From Minisyncoccota bacterium (GTDB lineage: Bacteria > Patescibacteriota > Minisyncoccia > Phycocordibacterales > EsbW-18), in assembly GCA_033811555.1 (NCBI GenBank), contig JAPXOG010000005.1, forward strand, positions 1-37,249: a DNA stretch of 37,249 bases. Reading direction: 5' to 3'. This document shows positions 1 to 8,102 of the stretch, in pieces. How positions within the stretch are numbered: the stretch's first letter is position 1; each line of letters starts with the position of its first letter. The notes below the pieces were generated by a model. That model did not search any database. It was not told the origin of the DNA and saw nothing but the letters and a program-made list of their open reading frames with translations. The position numbers were made by a program, and so were the translations under genes.

Positions 1-27
1 CGGCTGATGCTTCCGCTTCGAACCCGC

Positions 28-60
28 GCGGGGGTTGTCGCCTCTCCCGCTGTTTTGTTT
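28..60 (+). terminator. Intrinsic terminator of a + strand gene lying upstream of the window
   Basis: Hairpin GCGGGGG (28-34) / CTCCCGC (44-50) with a 9-nt loop, followed directly by TGTTTTGTTT (51-60). Confidence 0.4.
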
Positions 61-167
61 AAGTCCTTGGTCTTGGTTTTTGATTTTTCTTTGATTTTTG
101 ACTTTGGTTTTGGGAGGCAACGCCTCCCGACATCGAGGCGTTGTCTCGAGACGGTGCTGGTTTGGTG

Positions 168-173
168 TATAAT
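168..173 (+). promoter_or_regulatory. -10 box (TATAAT) 7 nt upstream of the gatB ATG; putative leaderless start
   Basis: TATAAT at 168-173, spacer cgtgcgt, ATG at 181. No Shine-Dalgarno sequence is possible in a 7-nt spacer. Confidence 0.5.
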
Positions 174-180
174 CGTGCGT

Positions 181-1608
181 ATGACCGACTACATACCAAC
201 AATAGGACTTGAAATTCACGCGGAACTCAAAACGAGGTCCAAGATGTTTTGTGGTAGTGCAAATGACCCAGATGAAAAACGTCCGAACTGGAACGTGTGT
301 CCTGTATGTATGGGTTATCCAGGAACTCTTCCGGTTATTAATCGTGAGGCAGTAAAGCAGGTGCTTAAGGTTGGTATTGCATTAGGCGGTACGATTGCAA
401 ACTATACTGAATTTGATCGCAAGAACTATTTTTATCCAGATATTCCGAAAGGATACCAAATAAGTCAATATGCGTACCCTCTTGTAAAAGGAGGTTCTTT
501 AAATGGCATATCAATAACTCGCGTGCATCTTGAAGAAGATACTGCGCGTTCGCAACATGCGGGAGATTTTTCATTGGTAGATTTTAATCGCGCTGGAGTT
601 CCATTGATGGAGCTTGTTACAGAACCAGTTATTAGGAGCGCTAAAGAAGCGGGCGATTTTGCACGAGAGTTGCAGTTATTGTTACGCACTTTGGAAGTAT
701 CTGATGCAGATATGGAAAAAGGGAATATGCGACTTGAGGCGAATATTTCTGTTTCAAAAGATCCGAAAAAGTTTGGAGTTAAAACTGAGGTAAAAAATAT
801 CAACTCGTTTTCATATGCAGAAAAAGCGATTGAATATGAAATAAAAAGACATATAGAAATTCTTGAATCGGGCGGAGAAGTAGAGCAGGAAACACGAGGG
901 TGGGATAGCGTTAACAACAAAACATTTTCACAACGTAAAAAGGAGTCATCTCATGACTATCGTTATTTTCCAGAACCAGATTTGCCAAAACTTGTAATTT
1001 CAGAGATTCCTGAATTTTCAATAGAAGAGCTAAAAAAAGAAATGCCTGAATTGCCGTGGGAGAGGCGAGAGAGGTATCTTTCTATGGGGTTGAAGGAAGA
1101 AGATGCAAAAATGTTTGTTGCTGATTTTAAATATGGAAAATTTTTTGATGCTGTAGTTGAGGAGCTCGGAGGTTTTGGGAATTTAACATCTACCGGCAAG
1201 TTAAATCTTCTGCAAATTGCGACAAACTATATAGTGGTCGATTTGGCGGGTCTATTGAAAGGAGAAAATGTAAGTTTAAACCCAAAACATTTTGTTTCCC
1301 TCATCATAATGATTTCAAACGGCGTTCTCTCTTCTCGAGGGGCGAAAGATACACTTGCGATTATGGTTTCTCACGGAGGAGATCCGAAAGAAATTGCGGA
1401 ACGCGAGGGATTGTTACAGCAAAGTGATGAGAGCGCACTTAAAGTGATCGTTGATCAAGTAATAGAACAGAATGAAAACGTGGTTGCCGAATATAAAGCA
1501 GGCAAAGAAGCATCACTTCAATTTTTGGTTGGGCAAGGAATGAAGATTTCAAAAGGTTCAGCAAACCCAGGACTTTTAGCAAAACTCCTAAAGGAGAAAC
1601 TTTTATAA
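181..1608 (+). CDS. gatB: Asp-tRNA(Asn)/Glu-tRNA(Gln) amidotransferase subunit B
   Basis: MTDYIPTIGLEIHAELKTRSKMFCGSAN... is the canonical GatB N-terminus, and the ORF has a full-length GatB/YqeY-type C-terminus. The ORF-track start at 7 adds 58 non-conserved residues spanning hairpins and a promoter, so the ATG at 181 is preferred. Confidence 0.93.
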   Translation: MTDYIPTIGLEIHAELKTRSKMFCGSANDPDEKRPNWNVCPVCMGYPGTLPVINREAVKQVLKVGIALGGTIANYTEFDRKNYFYPDIPKGYQISQYAYPLVKGGSLNGISITRVHLEEDTARSQHAGDFSLVDFNRAGVPLMELVTEPVIRSAKEAGDFARELQLLLRTLEVSDADMEKGNMRLEANISVSKDPKKFGVKTEVKNINSFSYAEKAIEYEIKRHIEILESGGEVEQETRGWDSVNNKTFSQRKKESSHDYRYFPEPDLPKLVISEIPEFSIEELKKEMPELPWERRERYLSMGLKEEDAKMFVADFKYGKFFDAVVEELGGFGNLTSTGKLNLLQIATNYIVVDLAGLLKGENVSLNPKHFVSLIIMISNGVLSSRGAKDTLAIMVSHGGDPKEIAEREGLLQQSDESALKVIVDQVIEQNENVVAEYKAGKEASLQFLVGQGMKISKGSANPGLLAKLLKEKLL

Positions 1609-1617
1609 AAATTGTTA

Positions 1618-1640
1618 CGCCCCGGCGGTGAACCGGGGCG
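1618..1640. terminator. GC hairpin between the convergent gatB and small minus-strand gene
   Basis: CGCCCCGG (1618-1625) / CCGGGGCG (1633-1640), 8 bp with a 7-nt loop. A T-run follows on the minus strand (complement of 1606-1617); the + strand T-run is weak. Confidence 0.5.
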
Positions 1641-1658
1641 ACGGTGTTAGGAGAGGAG

Positions 1659-1910
1659 TTAAACGACCGAACGACGCTCGATCGCCCAGTAGACGAGACC
1701 GCGGAACAAGTCCCAACTAAGGTGTCCCAAGACGGTGTCGGGACTCGGAACTATACCGCTTTCCTTTTTAAGACCGTTCTCTATGAGGATGGCATCGAGG
1801 ATGGCGTCGACTTCCAGGTAGAACTCTTCCAGAAGTCCTTCCTTTGACTCCAACCAAGATTCATTTTCTACCAACCTCACAAATTTCTGTACATCTGCCA
1901 ATGTTTCCAT
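1659..1910 (-). CDS. Hypothetical 83-aa protein (orphan, GC-richer than its neighbours)
   Basis: METLADVQKFVRLVENESWLE... The ATG at 1910 is preceded by AAAAGGAGAAGCCAA (strong SD) and a TTGACA-18-TATAGT promoter. The longer ORF-track start (2006) would overlap that promoter. No family recognised. Confidence 0.6.
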   Translation of the reverse strand: METLADVQKFVRLVENESWLESKEGLLEEFYLEVDAILDAILIENGLKKESGIVPSPDTVLGHLSWDLFRGLVYWAIERRSVV

Positions 1911-1940
1911 TTGGCTTCTCCTTTTAGTTGGTCCACCGCA

Positions 1941-1970
1941 ACTATACGATATTTGTATATGTTTTGTCAA
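1941..1970 (-). promoter_or_regulatory. Sigma70-type promoter for the 83-aa gene
   Basis: On the minus strand, TTGACA (1970-1965), an 18-nt spacer and TATAGT (1946-1941), about 30 nt upstream of the SD and ATG. Confidence 0.55.
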
Positions 1971-2065
1971 CTCATTTGCAATATGATTTATAAGACCCAT
2001 GAACATGTTATAATTTTTAAGTGGAGTTTTTATCTTTTACTACTTATTAATATTTAATAAATTCT

Positions 2066-3085
2066 ATGACTCGTATTGCAATTAACGGTTTCGGACGCAT
2101 CGGAAGGGCGTTTTTTAAACTGGCGCTTAAATATCCAGATATAGACATTGTCGCTATAAATGATTTGGGAGATGTTCAAAATCTCGCATATCTATTGTCA
2201 TTTGATTCTGCTTATGGGCGCTCTAGTTTAGATGTAGAGGCGCGAGATAATATTTTGTCGGTAGAAGGAAAAGACATAGCATTTTTTCAAGAGAAAAACG
2301 CAAAAGATCTTCCGTGGAAAAAATTAGATGTTGATATAGTTGTAGAAAGTACTGGCCATTACACTAAGTATGAAGATGCGAAACAACACCTTGATGCGGG
2401 AGCAAAACGTGTTGTTATTACAGCGCCTGCGAAAGGTGACTCTGTACCTGGTATTGAAGTTGGTACAGTTTTATTGGGTATAAACGAAGACAAACTGAAA
2501 ACTTGTGATATCACATCAAATGCTTCTTGTACGACAAATGCTGCTTCACCTGTAATTCAAGTAATACATGAAACTCTTGGGGTTGAGAAGGCAGTGCTTA
2601 ACACTGTACATGGATACACTCAGTCTCAGAGTTTGCAAGATGCGCCGAATGCGCGTGGGTGGCGTGAGGGGCGCTCTGCAGCGGCAAATATAGTACCGAC
2701 AACGACAGGTGCTGCGATTGCGGTTGCAAAAGTAATTACTGATTTGGAAGGAAAGTTTGATGGTATCGCAATCCGCGTTCCCGTTATTGTAGGTTCAATA
2801 GCAGACATAACAATGGTGGTGGGACGAGATACTACAGAAGAAGAGGTAAATGATATTTTGAATAGAGCCGCAAGTGAAGATCGTTGGAAGGGTATTTTTA
2901 AAGTGAGTGATGCCGAATTGGTATCATCTGATATTGTTGGTGAACCTTATGGGGCAATAGTGGATAGTAAGATGACGCGTGTAGTTGGTGGAAATTTGGT
3001 AAAAGTATTATCTTGGTATGACAATGAGATGGGGTACGCATCTACGCTGATACACCATGTTCGTAAAATGTCTTCTAGTTTGTAG
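2066..3085 (+). CDS. gap: Type I glyceraldehyde-3-phosphate dehydrogenase
   Basis: N-terminal Rossmann motif INGFGRIGR, active-site SNASCTTN, C-terminal WYDNEMGY. Confidence 0.96.
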   Translation: MTRIAINGFGRIGRAFFKLALKYPDIDIVAINDLGDVQNLAYLLSFDSAYGRSSLDVEARDNILSVEGKDIAFFQEKNAKDLPWKKLDVDIVVESTGHYTKYEDAKQHLDAGAKRVVITAPAKGDSVPGIEVGTVLLGINEDKLKTCDITSNASCTTNAASPVIQVIHETLGVEKAVLNTVHGYTQSQSLQDAPNARGWREGRSAAANIVPTTTGAAIAVAKVITDLEGKFDGIAIRVPVIVGSIADITMVVGRDTTEEEVNDILNRAASEDRWKGIFKVSDAELVSSDIVGEPYGAIVDSKMTRVVGGNLVKVLSWYDNEMGYASTLIHHVRKMSSSL

Positions 3086-3086
3086 T

Positions 3087-3527
3087 ATGAAAATTGCACT
3101 TGGAGCAGATCACGCTGGATATGAGCTTAAAGAAAAGCTAAAAGAATTTTTAAGTTCACAAGGATATGAGATAGAGGATTTTGGTGCTTATGCACTTGAC
3201 CCAAACGACGATTATACAGACTTTGTATTTCCTGTAGCACATGCAGTTGCTCATGGGGAAGTAGGTATGGGAGTAGTGTTTGGAAAGTCAGGGCAAGGTG
3301 AAGCAATAGCTGCAAACCGAGTACTCGGTGTACGTGCTGCACTATACGCAGGAGGAAACGAAGATATTATTCGTCTTTCACGCGAGCATAATGATGCTAA
3401 TGTTTTGTCTCTTGGAGCTGATTATGTAAATGAATCATCTATGAAAGATATAGTGACATTGTGGCTTTCAACTCCATTTTCTGGTGATGAACGACATATT
3501 CGACGTATTAAAAAACTAGACTCATGA
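3087..3527 (+). CDS. rpiB: Ribose-5-phosphate isomerase B (RpiB/LacA/LacB family)
   Basis: MKIALGADHAGYELKEKL... The segment GKSGQGEAIAANR resembles the Glu-base (mycobacterial-type) RpiB variant rather than the Cys-type CGTG motif. The ATG at 3087 lies 1 nt after the gap stop. Confidence 0.9.
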   Translation: MKIALGADHAGYELKEKLKEFLSSQGYEIEDFGAYALDPNDDYTDFVFPVAHAVAHGEVGMGVVFGKSGQGEAIAANRVLGVRAALYAGGNEDIIRLSREHNDANVLSLGADYVNESSMKDIVTLWLSTPFSGDERHIRRIKKLDS

Positions 3528-4189
3528 TAGATATTGTTCCAGCTGTTCTACCTAAATCATACGGCGAGCTTTCCGCGAAAGTTGGTCTCGTTCGCGATTT
3601 AGTTAAGCGAGTGCAGATAGATGTTACCAATGGTACATATGCTTCTTCCACAACATGGCCGTATGGTAGAGGAGATTATTTAGAAGAAACTTTGGATGAA
3701 TATGGAGGATTACCGTTTTGGGACGAAATGGATTATGAGGTTGATTTGCTTATTGCAGAACCTGAAAAAGAAATTGATAGATGGATTCAGGCGGGTGTCG
3801 CTGGAGCGATAGTTCATGTAGAAACTACTGAGGAAATTCAAGTTATCATTAAAAAACTTCAAGAGGTGCATGCTGAAGTTGGTTTAGGTATTAAGCCGAG
3901 TACTTCAAATGACGAGTTGTATCGGTACATTGATTTAGTAGATTTTGTGCAGTGTATGGGTAACGATCAGATTGGATATCATGGAGTATCGCTAGATGAG
4001 AGTGTGTATGAAAAAATCAACCATATACGAGCGCGTTATCCAGATTTGCCAATAGCAGTTGATATTGGTGTAAACATTGAAACAGCACCGAAACTTATAG
4101 AAGCTGGGGCAACTAAACTTGTGTCCGGTTCAGCAATATTTGCAAGCGAAAATATAAATGAAGCGATTAGGGATTTTAAGGAACTATAA
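3524..4189 (+). CDS. rpe: Ribulose-phosphate 3-epimerase-like TIM-barrel protein (divergent)
   Basis: C-terminal half matches the RPE pattern (VQCMGNDQIGYHG..., IAVDIGVN, LVSGSAIF). The N-terminal metal-ligand motifs are altered (see finding). Overlaps the rpiB stop by 4 nt (ATGA). Confidence 0.7.
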   Translation: MIDIVPAVLPKSYGELSAKVGLVRDLVKRVQIDVTNGTYASSTTWPYGRGDYLEETLDEYGGLPFWDEMDYEVDLLIAEPEKEIDRWIQAGVAGAIVHVETTEEIQVIIKKLQEVHAEVGLGIKPSTSNDELYRYIDLVDFVQCMGNDQIGYHGVSLDESVYEKINHIRARYPDLPIAVDIGVNIETAPKLIEAGATKLVSGSAIFASENINEAIRDFKEL

Positions 4190-4304
4190 TTTAAATTCTT
4201 ATTTGGATGATCAGGTTTTTTACTAAGATTCAGAAGTGTCATTTATTTGTAAATAAAACACTTTGTATATTTCACAAAGATTTAATCTTGTTACAATAAA
4301 GAGC

Positions 4305-5168
4305 ATGGGACATCTTTTTGATAATCAGGTTCGTGCACTTGAACTTACAGCTATAAACATCCGCATGTCGGTTGTAGATATGCTAGAAGATGCAGGAAGC
4401 GGACATACTGCAGGGGCGCTTGGTATGGCAGATATTTTTTCCGCACTTTATTTTCATATTTTAAAACACGATCCGAAAAAACCAGATTGGGAAGAACGTG
4501 ATCGCCTAATTCTTTCAAACGGACATATTGTACCGGTGAGGTATGCAGCAATGGCACACGCAGGATACTTTCCAATATCAGAACTAAAAACTCTTAGGAA
4601 ATTTGGCTCACGCCTGCAAGGACATCCTGAACGTGATCGTTTGCCTGGCCTGGAAACTACATCTGGTCCTCTGGGCTCAGGTCTTTCACAGGCGGCAGGG
4701 TATGCGTATGCAACGCGTATGGATGGAAAGAAGTTTCGAATATACTGTGTGCTTTCTGATGGAGAACTACAGGCAGGAAATGCTTGGGAGGGCGCAATGT
4801 TTGCTGGAAATAATGCTCTCTCCAATCTTACAGCGATAGTTGATCGTAACAATATACAAATTAGCGGTACGACTGAGGAAGTGATGCCGTTGGAACCTCT
4901 AGTAGACAAATGGAGTGCGTTTAAATGGAATGTTATTGAAGTAGACGGACATAATATTACGTCATTTATTGATGCAATAGATGAGGCAAGAGCAATTTCA
5001 GAGAAACCGACCGTTGTGATAGCACATACGATTCCTGGAAAAGGAATAAAAGAGATCGAGCATGATTTTCGTTGGCACGGCAAACCTCCTTCAAAAGATG
5101 AAGAGAAAAAATTTTTGAAGGAATTGCGAACACTTAGAGGAACTATAGAAGCAAGTGATAATGATTAA
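4305..5168 (+). CDS. tkt: Transketolase, N-terminal (TPP/PP-binding) subunit of a split enzyme
   Basis: GSGHTAGALGMADIFSALYF, LSNGH, GPLGSGLSQAAG and SDGELQAGNAWE are transketolase N-half motifs. The ATG at 4305 is preferred over the TTG at 4263; the start is uncertain. Confidence 0.9.
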   Translation: MGHLFDNQVRALELTAINIRMSVVDMLEDAGSGHTAGALGMADIFSALYFHILKHDPKKPDWEERDRLILSNGHIVPVRYAAMAHAGYFPISELKTLRKFGSRLQGHPERDRLPGLETTSGPLGSGLSQAAGYAYATRMDGKKFRIYCVLSDGELQAGNAWEGAMFAGNNALSNLTAIVDRNNIQISGTTEEVMPLEPLVDKWSAFKWNVIEVDGHNITSFIDAIDEARAISEKPTVVIAHTIPGKGIKEIEHDFRWHGKPPSKDEEKKFLKELRTLRGTIEASDND

Positions 5169-6150
5169 ACAGGAACAAAAATTAATACAGGAAGTATTGA
5201 ATGAGAGCATTGAGAAAATTCCGACACGTGATGGGTTTGGACGTGGATTAGTAGAAGCGGGGAAGAACGATTCTAGAGTTGTAGTTGTGTGTGCAGATTT
5301 GGAAGAATCTACTCGTGCTGAGTGGTTCCATAAGGAGTTTCCTGATAGGTTTATTGAAGTTGGAGTAGCTGAGCAAAATCTTGCAACTATTGCATCAGGA
5401 ATGGCAAATTATGGCAAAATTCCGTTTATAACAAGTTATGCGACATTTTCTCCGGGACGTAACTATGAGCAGATACGTACGACTATTGCGCTTAACGATG
5501 TTCCGGTAAAAATCGTCGGAAGTCATGCGGGTGTTTCTGTAGGACCTGATGGTTCAACTCATCAAGCACTTGAAGACATAGGTATGATGCGTATGTTACC
5601 TAATATGATGGTGATTGTGCCAGCCGACGCTGAGGAATCGAGAAAAGCTACAGTTGCAATTGCGCAAACAAATAGTCCTGTATACATACGTATAGGACGC
5701 GCTCCATCGCCACTATTTACTACGCAAGAAACACCTTTTGAGATAGGGCGTGCCGAGATCTTATGGGAATCAGATAGGCCGCAGGTAGCTCTTATAGCTT
5801 GTGGAGTCTTAGTACACAATGCTCTTGTTGCTGCGAAAAAATTACAAGACAACGGCGTGGGCTCTATCGTTTTAAACAATCACACAATAAAACCAATGGA
5901 TAAAAAAACGATTTTAGATGTAGCACGACGTTGTGGTTCGGTAGTTACAATAGAAGAACATCAAATGGCAGGTGGCATGGGATCAGCCGTAGCTGAGGTT
6001 CTTGTTCAACAATACCCAGTACCGCATGAATTTATTGGAATACATAATCTATTTGGACAATCAGGAACGCCAGAAGAGCTATTTGAGCACTATAATCTGA
6101 GCGTAGACTCTATTGTTTTGGCAGCACAGAAAGCGGTTTCAAGGAAATAA
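5155..6150 (+). CDS. tkt: Transketolase, C-terminal (pyrimidine-binding plus C-terminal domain) subunit
   Basis: FIEVGVAEQNLATIASGMA, GSHAGVSVGPDGSTHQALEDIGMMR. Overlaps the N-subunit gene by 14 nt, the typical split-tkt arrangement. Confidence 0.92.
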   Translation: MIMIKQEQKLIQEVLNESIEKIPTRDGFGRGLVEAGKNDSRVVVVCADLEESTRAEWFHKEFPDRFIEVGVAEQNLATIASGMANYGKIPFITSYATFSPGRNYEQIRTTIALNDVPVKIVGSHAGVSVGPDGSTHQALEDIGMMRMLPNMMVIVPADAEESRKATVAIAQTNSPVYIRIGRAPSPLFTTQETPFEIGRAEILWESDRPQVALIACGVLVHNALVAAKKLQDNGVGSIVLNNHTIKPMDKKTILDVARRCGSVVTIEEHQMAGGMGSAVAEVLVQQYPVPHEFIGIHNLFGQSGTPEELFEHYNLSVDSIVLAAQKAVSRK

Positions 6151-6156
6151 AACTAC

Positions 6157-7164
6157 TTAAGAGAGTTTTTTTACCTCATATCCTGCTGGAGCTTCGGACA
6201 GATATTTTTCAATCATGTCGCGTTTGAGGAGCCCTTTTTGAGCTCCAATGTGTTGCACTACTGACATAGAATTGATAGGACCCCATAAAAGAGCTTCAGA
6301 GAGTGGCTTTTCAAGTGCAAGAGCAGCAACAACTGTTGAAGAAAATGCGTCTCCTGCTCCAGTTCGATCAACCGGAGGTTTTGGATCCGGATACATTGTT
6401 ACTGAGAATATTTCATTATTGAGAGAATCATAAGCTAAAGATCCTTTCGGGCCGTCGGTGACCACAACTACTTTAGGTCCAAGAGAAGATATATCTTGCG
6501 CAAGTTTTTTTACATCATCAATTTCTGAAGTTTCCAAGATGCGACCCGCCTCTTCGCGATTGCAGAAAAAAATGTGCGTTCGCTTGTAGAGATCAGCGAG
6601 TTCTTTTACGCCAAGTTGAATTTGTAATGTGCCGGGCTGAAATGCAAGTTTAACTGAAGGATGTGTCTCCAGATATTTTGCTATTTCATGATGATAAGGA
6701 ATTGAGGATTCTGATAGAGATGATAGGTAAATCCATTTAGGGTTCCCAATATTAGGAAGTGTGTATGGGTAAGGTTGGTGTTTGATTAGAATAGTACGTT
6801 CTGCCCCGAATTGTAGGACGAAGTGATAGTTTGAGGGCATGTCCTTATGTACTTGTACGAACGATGTTGAAATACCATTTGAAATAAGGGTTTCTAATAT
6901 TTTTTTTCCGAGCTCATCTCCACCAATATTAGTTACTAGTGCAGTAGAAAGACCCAATCGTGTAGCTGAAACAGCTGCGTTAGCGGAATTACCGACTGCG
7001 TGGACGGTAGAGATGTTTTTGTACGTGACTTTGTCGCCGAATCTAAAACAAATTTCTTCGTATCCTTTGTCTTCAGGATCGGGGTCTGTATCAATGCGCA
7101 CATCATCTAACTCAATAAATTCGTCGGTGACAGTATCTCCAATTGCAATAAAATCGTATTCCAT
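6157..7164 (-). CDS. PfkB-family carbohydrate kinase (ribokinase/phosphofructokinase-B superfamily), substrate unknown
   Basis: N-terminal GDTVTDEF..., GNSANAAV, and the C-terminal PfkB signature DRTGAGDAFSS. The start at MEYDF (7164) is preferred because the ATG at 7176 lies inside the -10 box TATGAT. Confidence 0.85.
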   Translation of the reverse strand: MEYDFIAIGDTVTDEFIELDDVRIDTDPDPEDKGYEEICFRFGDKVTYKNISTVHAVGNSANAAVSATRLGLSTALVTNIGGDELGKKILETLISNGISTSFVQVHKDMPSNYHFVLQFGAERTILIKHQPYPYTLPNIGNPKWIYLSSLSESSIPYHHEIAKYLETHPSVKLAFQPGTLQIQLGVKELADLYKRTHIFFCNREEAGRILETSEIDDVKKLAQDISSLGPKVVVVTDGPKGSLAYDSLNNEIFSVTMYPDPKPPVDRTGAGDAFSSTVVAALALEKPLSEALLWGPINSMSVVQHIGAQKGLLKRDMIEKYLSEAPAGYEVKKLS

Positions 7165-7171
7165 ACGTACT

Positions 7172-7196
7172 ATCATAGCACAGTCCGTGATAGAAT
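7172..7196. promoter_or_regulatory. Back-to-back extended -10 promoters for the pfkB-family gene (-) and fba (+)
   Basis: Minus strand: TGcTATGAT (7180-7172), 7 nt, then ATG at 7164. Plus strand: TGaTAGAAT (7188-7196), 6 nt, then ATG at 7203. The whole intergenic gap is 38 nt. Confidence 0.55.
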
Positions 7197-7202
7197 GGTG
7201 TT

Positions 7203-8072
7203 ATGAAGACTCTTCGAGAAACCATTGAGGAATTTCATTCCAACAACAAAGCAATTGGGCATTTTAATGTTTCCAATATTGAGATGATTCGAGCTGTAGC
7301 AGGAGCGGTACGTGCTACGAATTTACCAGTTATCATTGGAGTGTCAGAAGGAGAGCGAGATGTTTTTGGTGTTTCTGAAATTGTAGCAATTGTGAGAATT
7401 ATGCGTGAGGTTCATGGATTGCCCGTGTATCTTAATGCAGATCATACATATTCGGTGGAGCGAGTAAGAGAAGCAATTGATGCGGGATTTGACTCTGTAG
7501 TTTTTGATGGCGCACGGCTCTCGCTTGAAGAAAATATTGCAAAAACAAAAGAGTGTGTAGTATATGCGCGCGAAAAAGGTGGTACAACTCTTATTGAGGG
7601 AGAGTTAGGTTTTATAGGAGCAGGATCTCAGTTACTTGATGCAATTCCAGAAGGAGCGGCAGTAACAGAAGATTTGATGACTAGCACACATGAGGCGAAA
7701 CATTTTGTTGAAGAAACAGGAGTTGAATTGCTAGCACCAGCTGTTGGTACTGTACATGGCATGATGAAAAGTGGGAATAATCCACGAATAAACTCAGAGC
7801 GTATACGAGAAATTGCAAGTGTTGTGGATATTCCGCTAGTGCTTCATGGTGGGTCAGGGACCTCAGAAGATGAATATAGGGAAGCTATTGTAAATGGAAT
7901 TGCGCAGGTGCACGTGTCTACTGAACTTCGAGTTGCATACAAAAGATCTCTGCAGTTGTCGTTGCAAGAAAATCCTGAGGAATTAGCGCCATACAAATAT
8001 ACAAAACAGGCGATTTTGTCTGTACAGGATATAATAGAGCAACGAATGAGGCTTTTTGCTGGACTTGCTTGA
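7203..8072 (+). CDS. fba: Class II fructose-/ketose-bisphosphate aldolase
   Basis: GHFNVSNIEM, LNADH, ELGFIG and LVLHGGSGTS are class II aldolase (FbaA/GatY/KbaY family) motifs. Confidence 0.9.
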   Translation: MKTLRETIEEFHSNNKAIGHFNVSNIEMIRAVAGAVRATNLPVIIGVSEGERDVFGVSEIVAIVRIMREVHGLPVYLNADHTYSVERVREAIDAGFDSVVFDGARLSLEENIAKTKECVVYAREKGGTTLIEGELGFIGAGSQLLDAIPEGAAVTEDLMTSTHEAKHFVEETGVELLAPAVGTVHGMMKSGNNPRINSERIREIASVVDIPLVLHGGSGTSEDEYREAIVNGIAQVHVSTELRVAYKRSLQLSLQENPEELAPYKYTKQAILSVQDIIEQRMRLFAGLA

Positions 8073-8102
8073 AAGCTTCTTTTGTGCGACTATGAGACGC
8101 CT

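Noticed and set aside
1-60. A possible 3' end of a tRNA or tmRNA, because of a TTCGAAC T-loop-like heptamer at 17-23.
   Set aside because: The flanking bases (TCCGC / CCGCG) do not form a T stem, and no acceptor stem or CCA follows. A terminator hairpin plus T-run explains the region better.
72-111. T-rich direct repeats (TTGATTTTT at 80-88 and 91-99; TTGGTTTT twice) with a period of about 11 nt.
   Set aside because: Too short and degenerate to call a functional repeat. Most simply it is T-tract DNA between a terminator and the next promoter, possibly curved or UP-element-like.
7-180. A 58-codon N-terminal extension of GatB suggested by the ORF track.
   Set aside because: The extension is non-conserved and low-complexity, and it spans a terminator hairpin, alternative hairpins and a TATAAT box. 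Canonical GatB begins at MTDYIPTIGLEIH (ATG 181).
4454-5083. A 209-aa minus-strand ORF antisense to the transketolase N-subunit gene. Similar long antisense ORFs occur at 465-920, 14988-15419, 17528-17947, 18618-19070, 25258-25803, 26790-27275, 30593-31003 and 35808-36233.
   Set aside because: All lie fully inside strongly supported conserved genes on the opposite strand and encode low-complexity Ser/Arg/Pro-rich or Ile/Phe-rich products typical of shadow ORFs.
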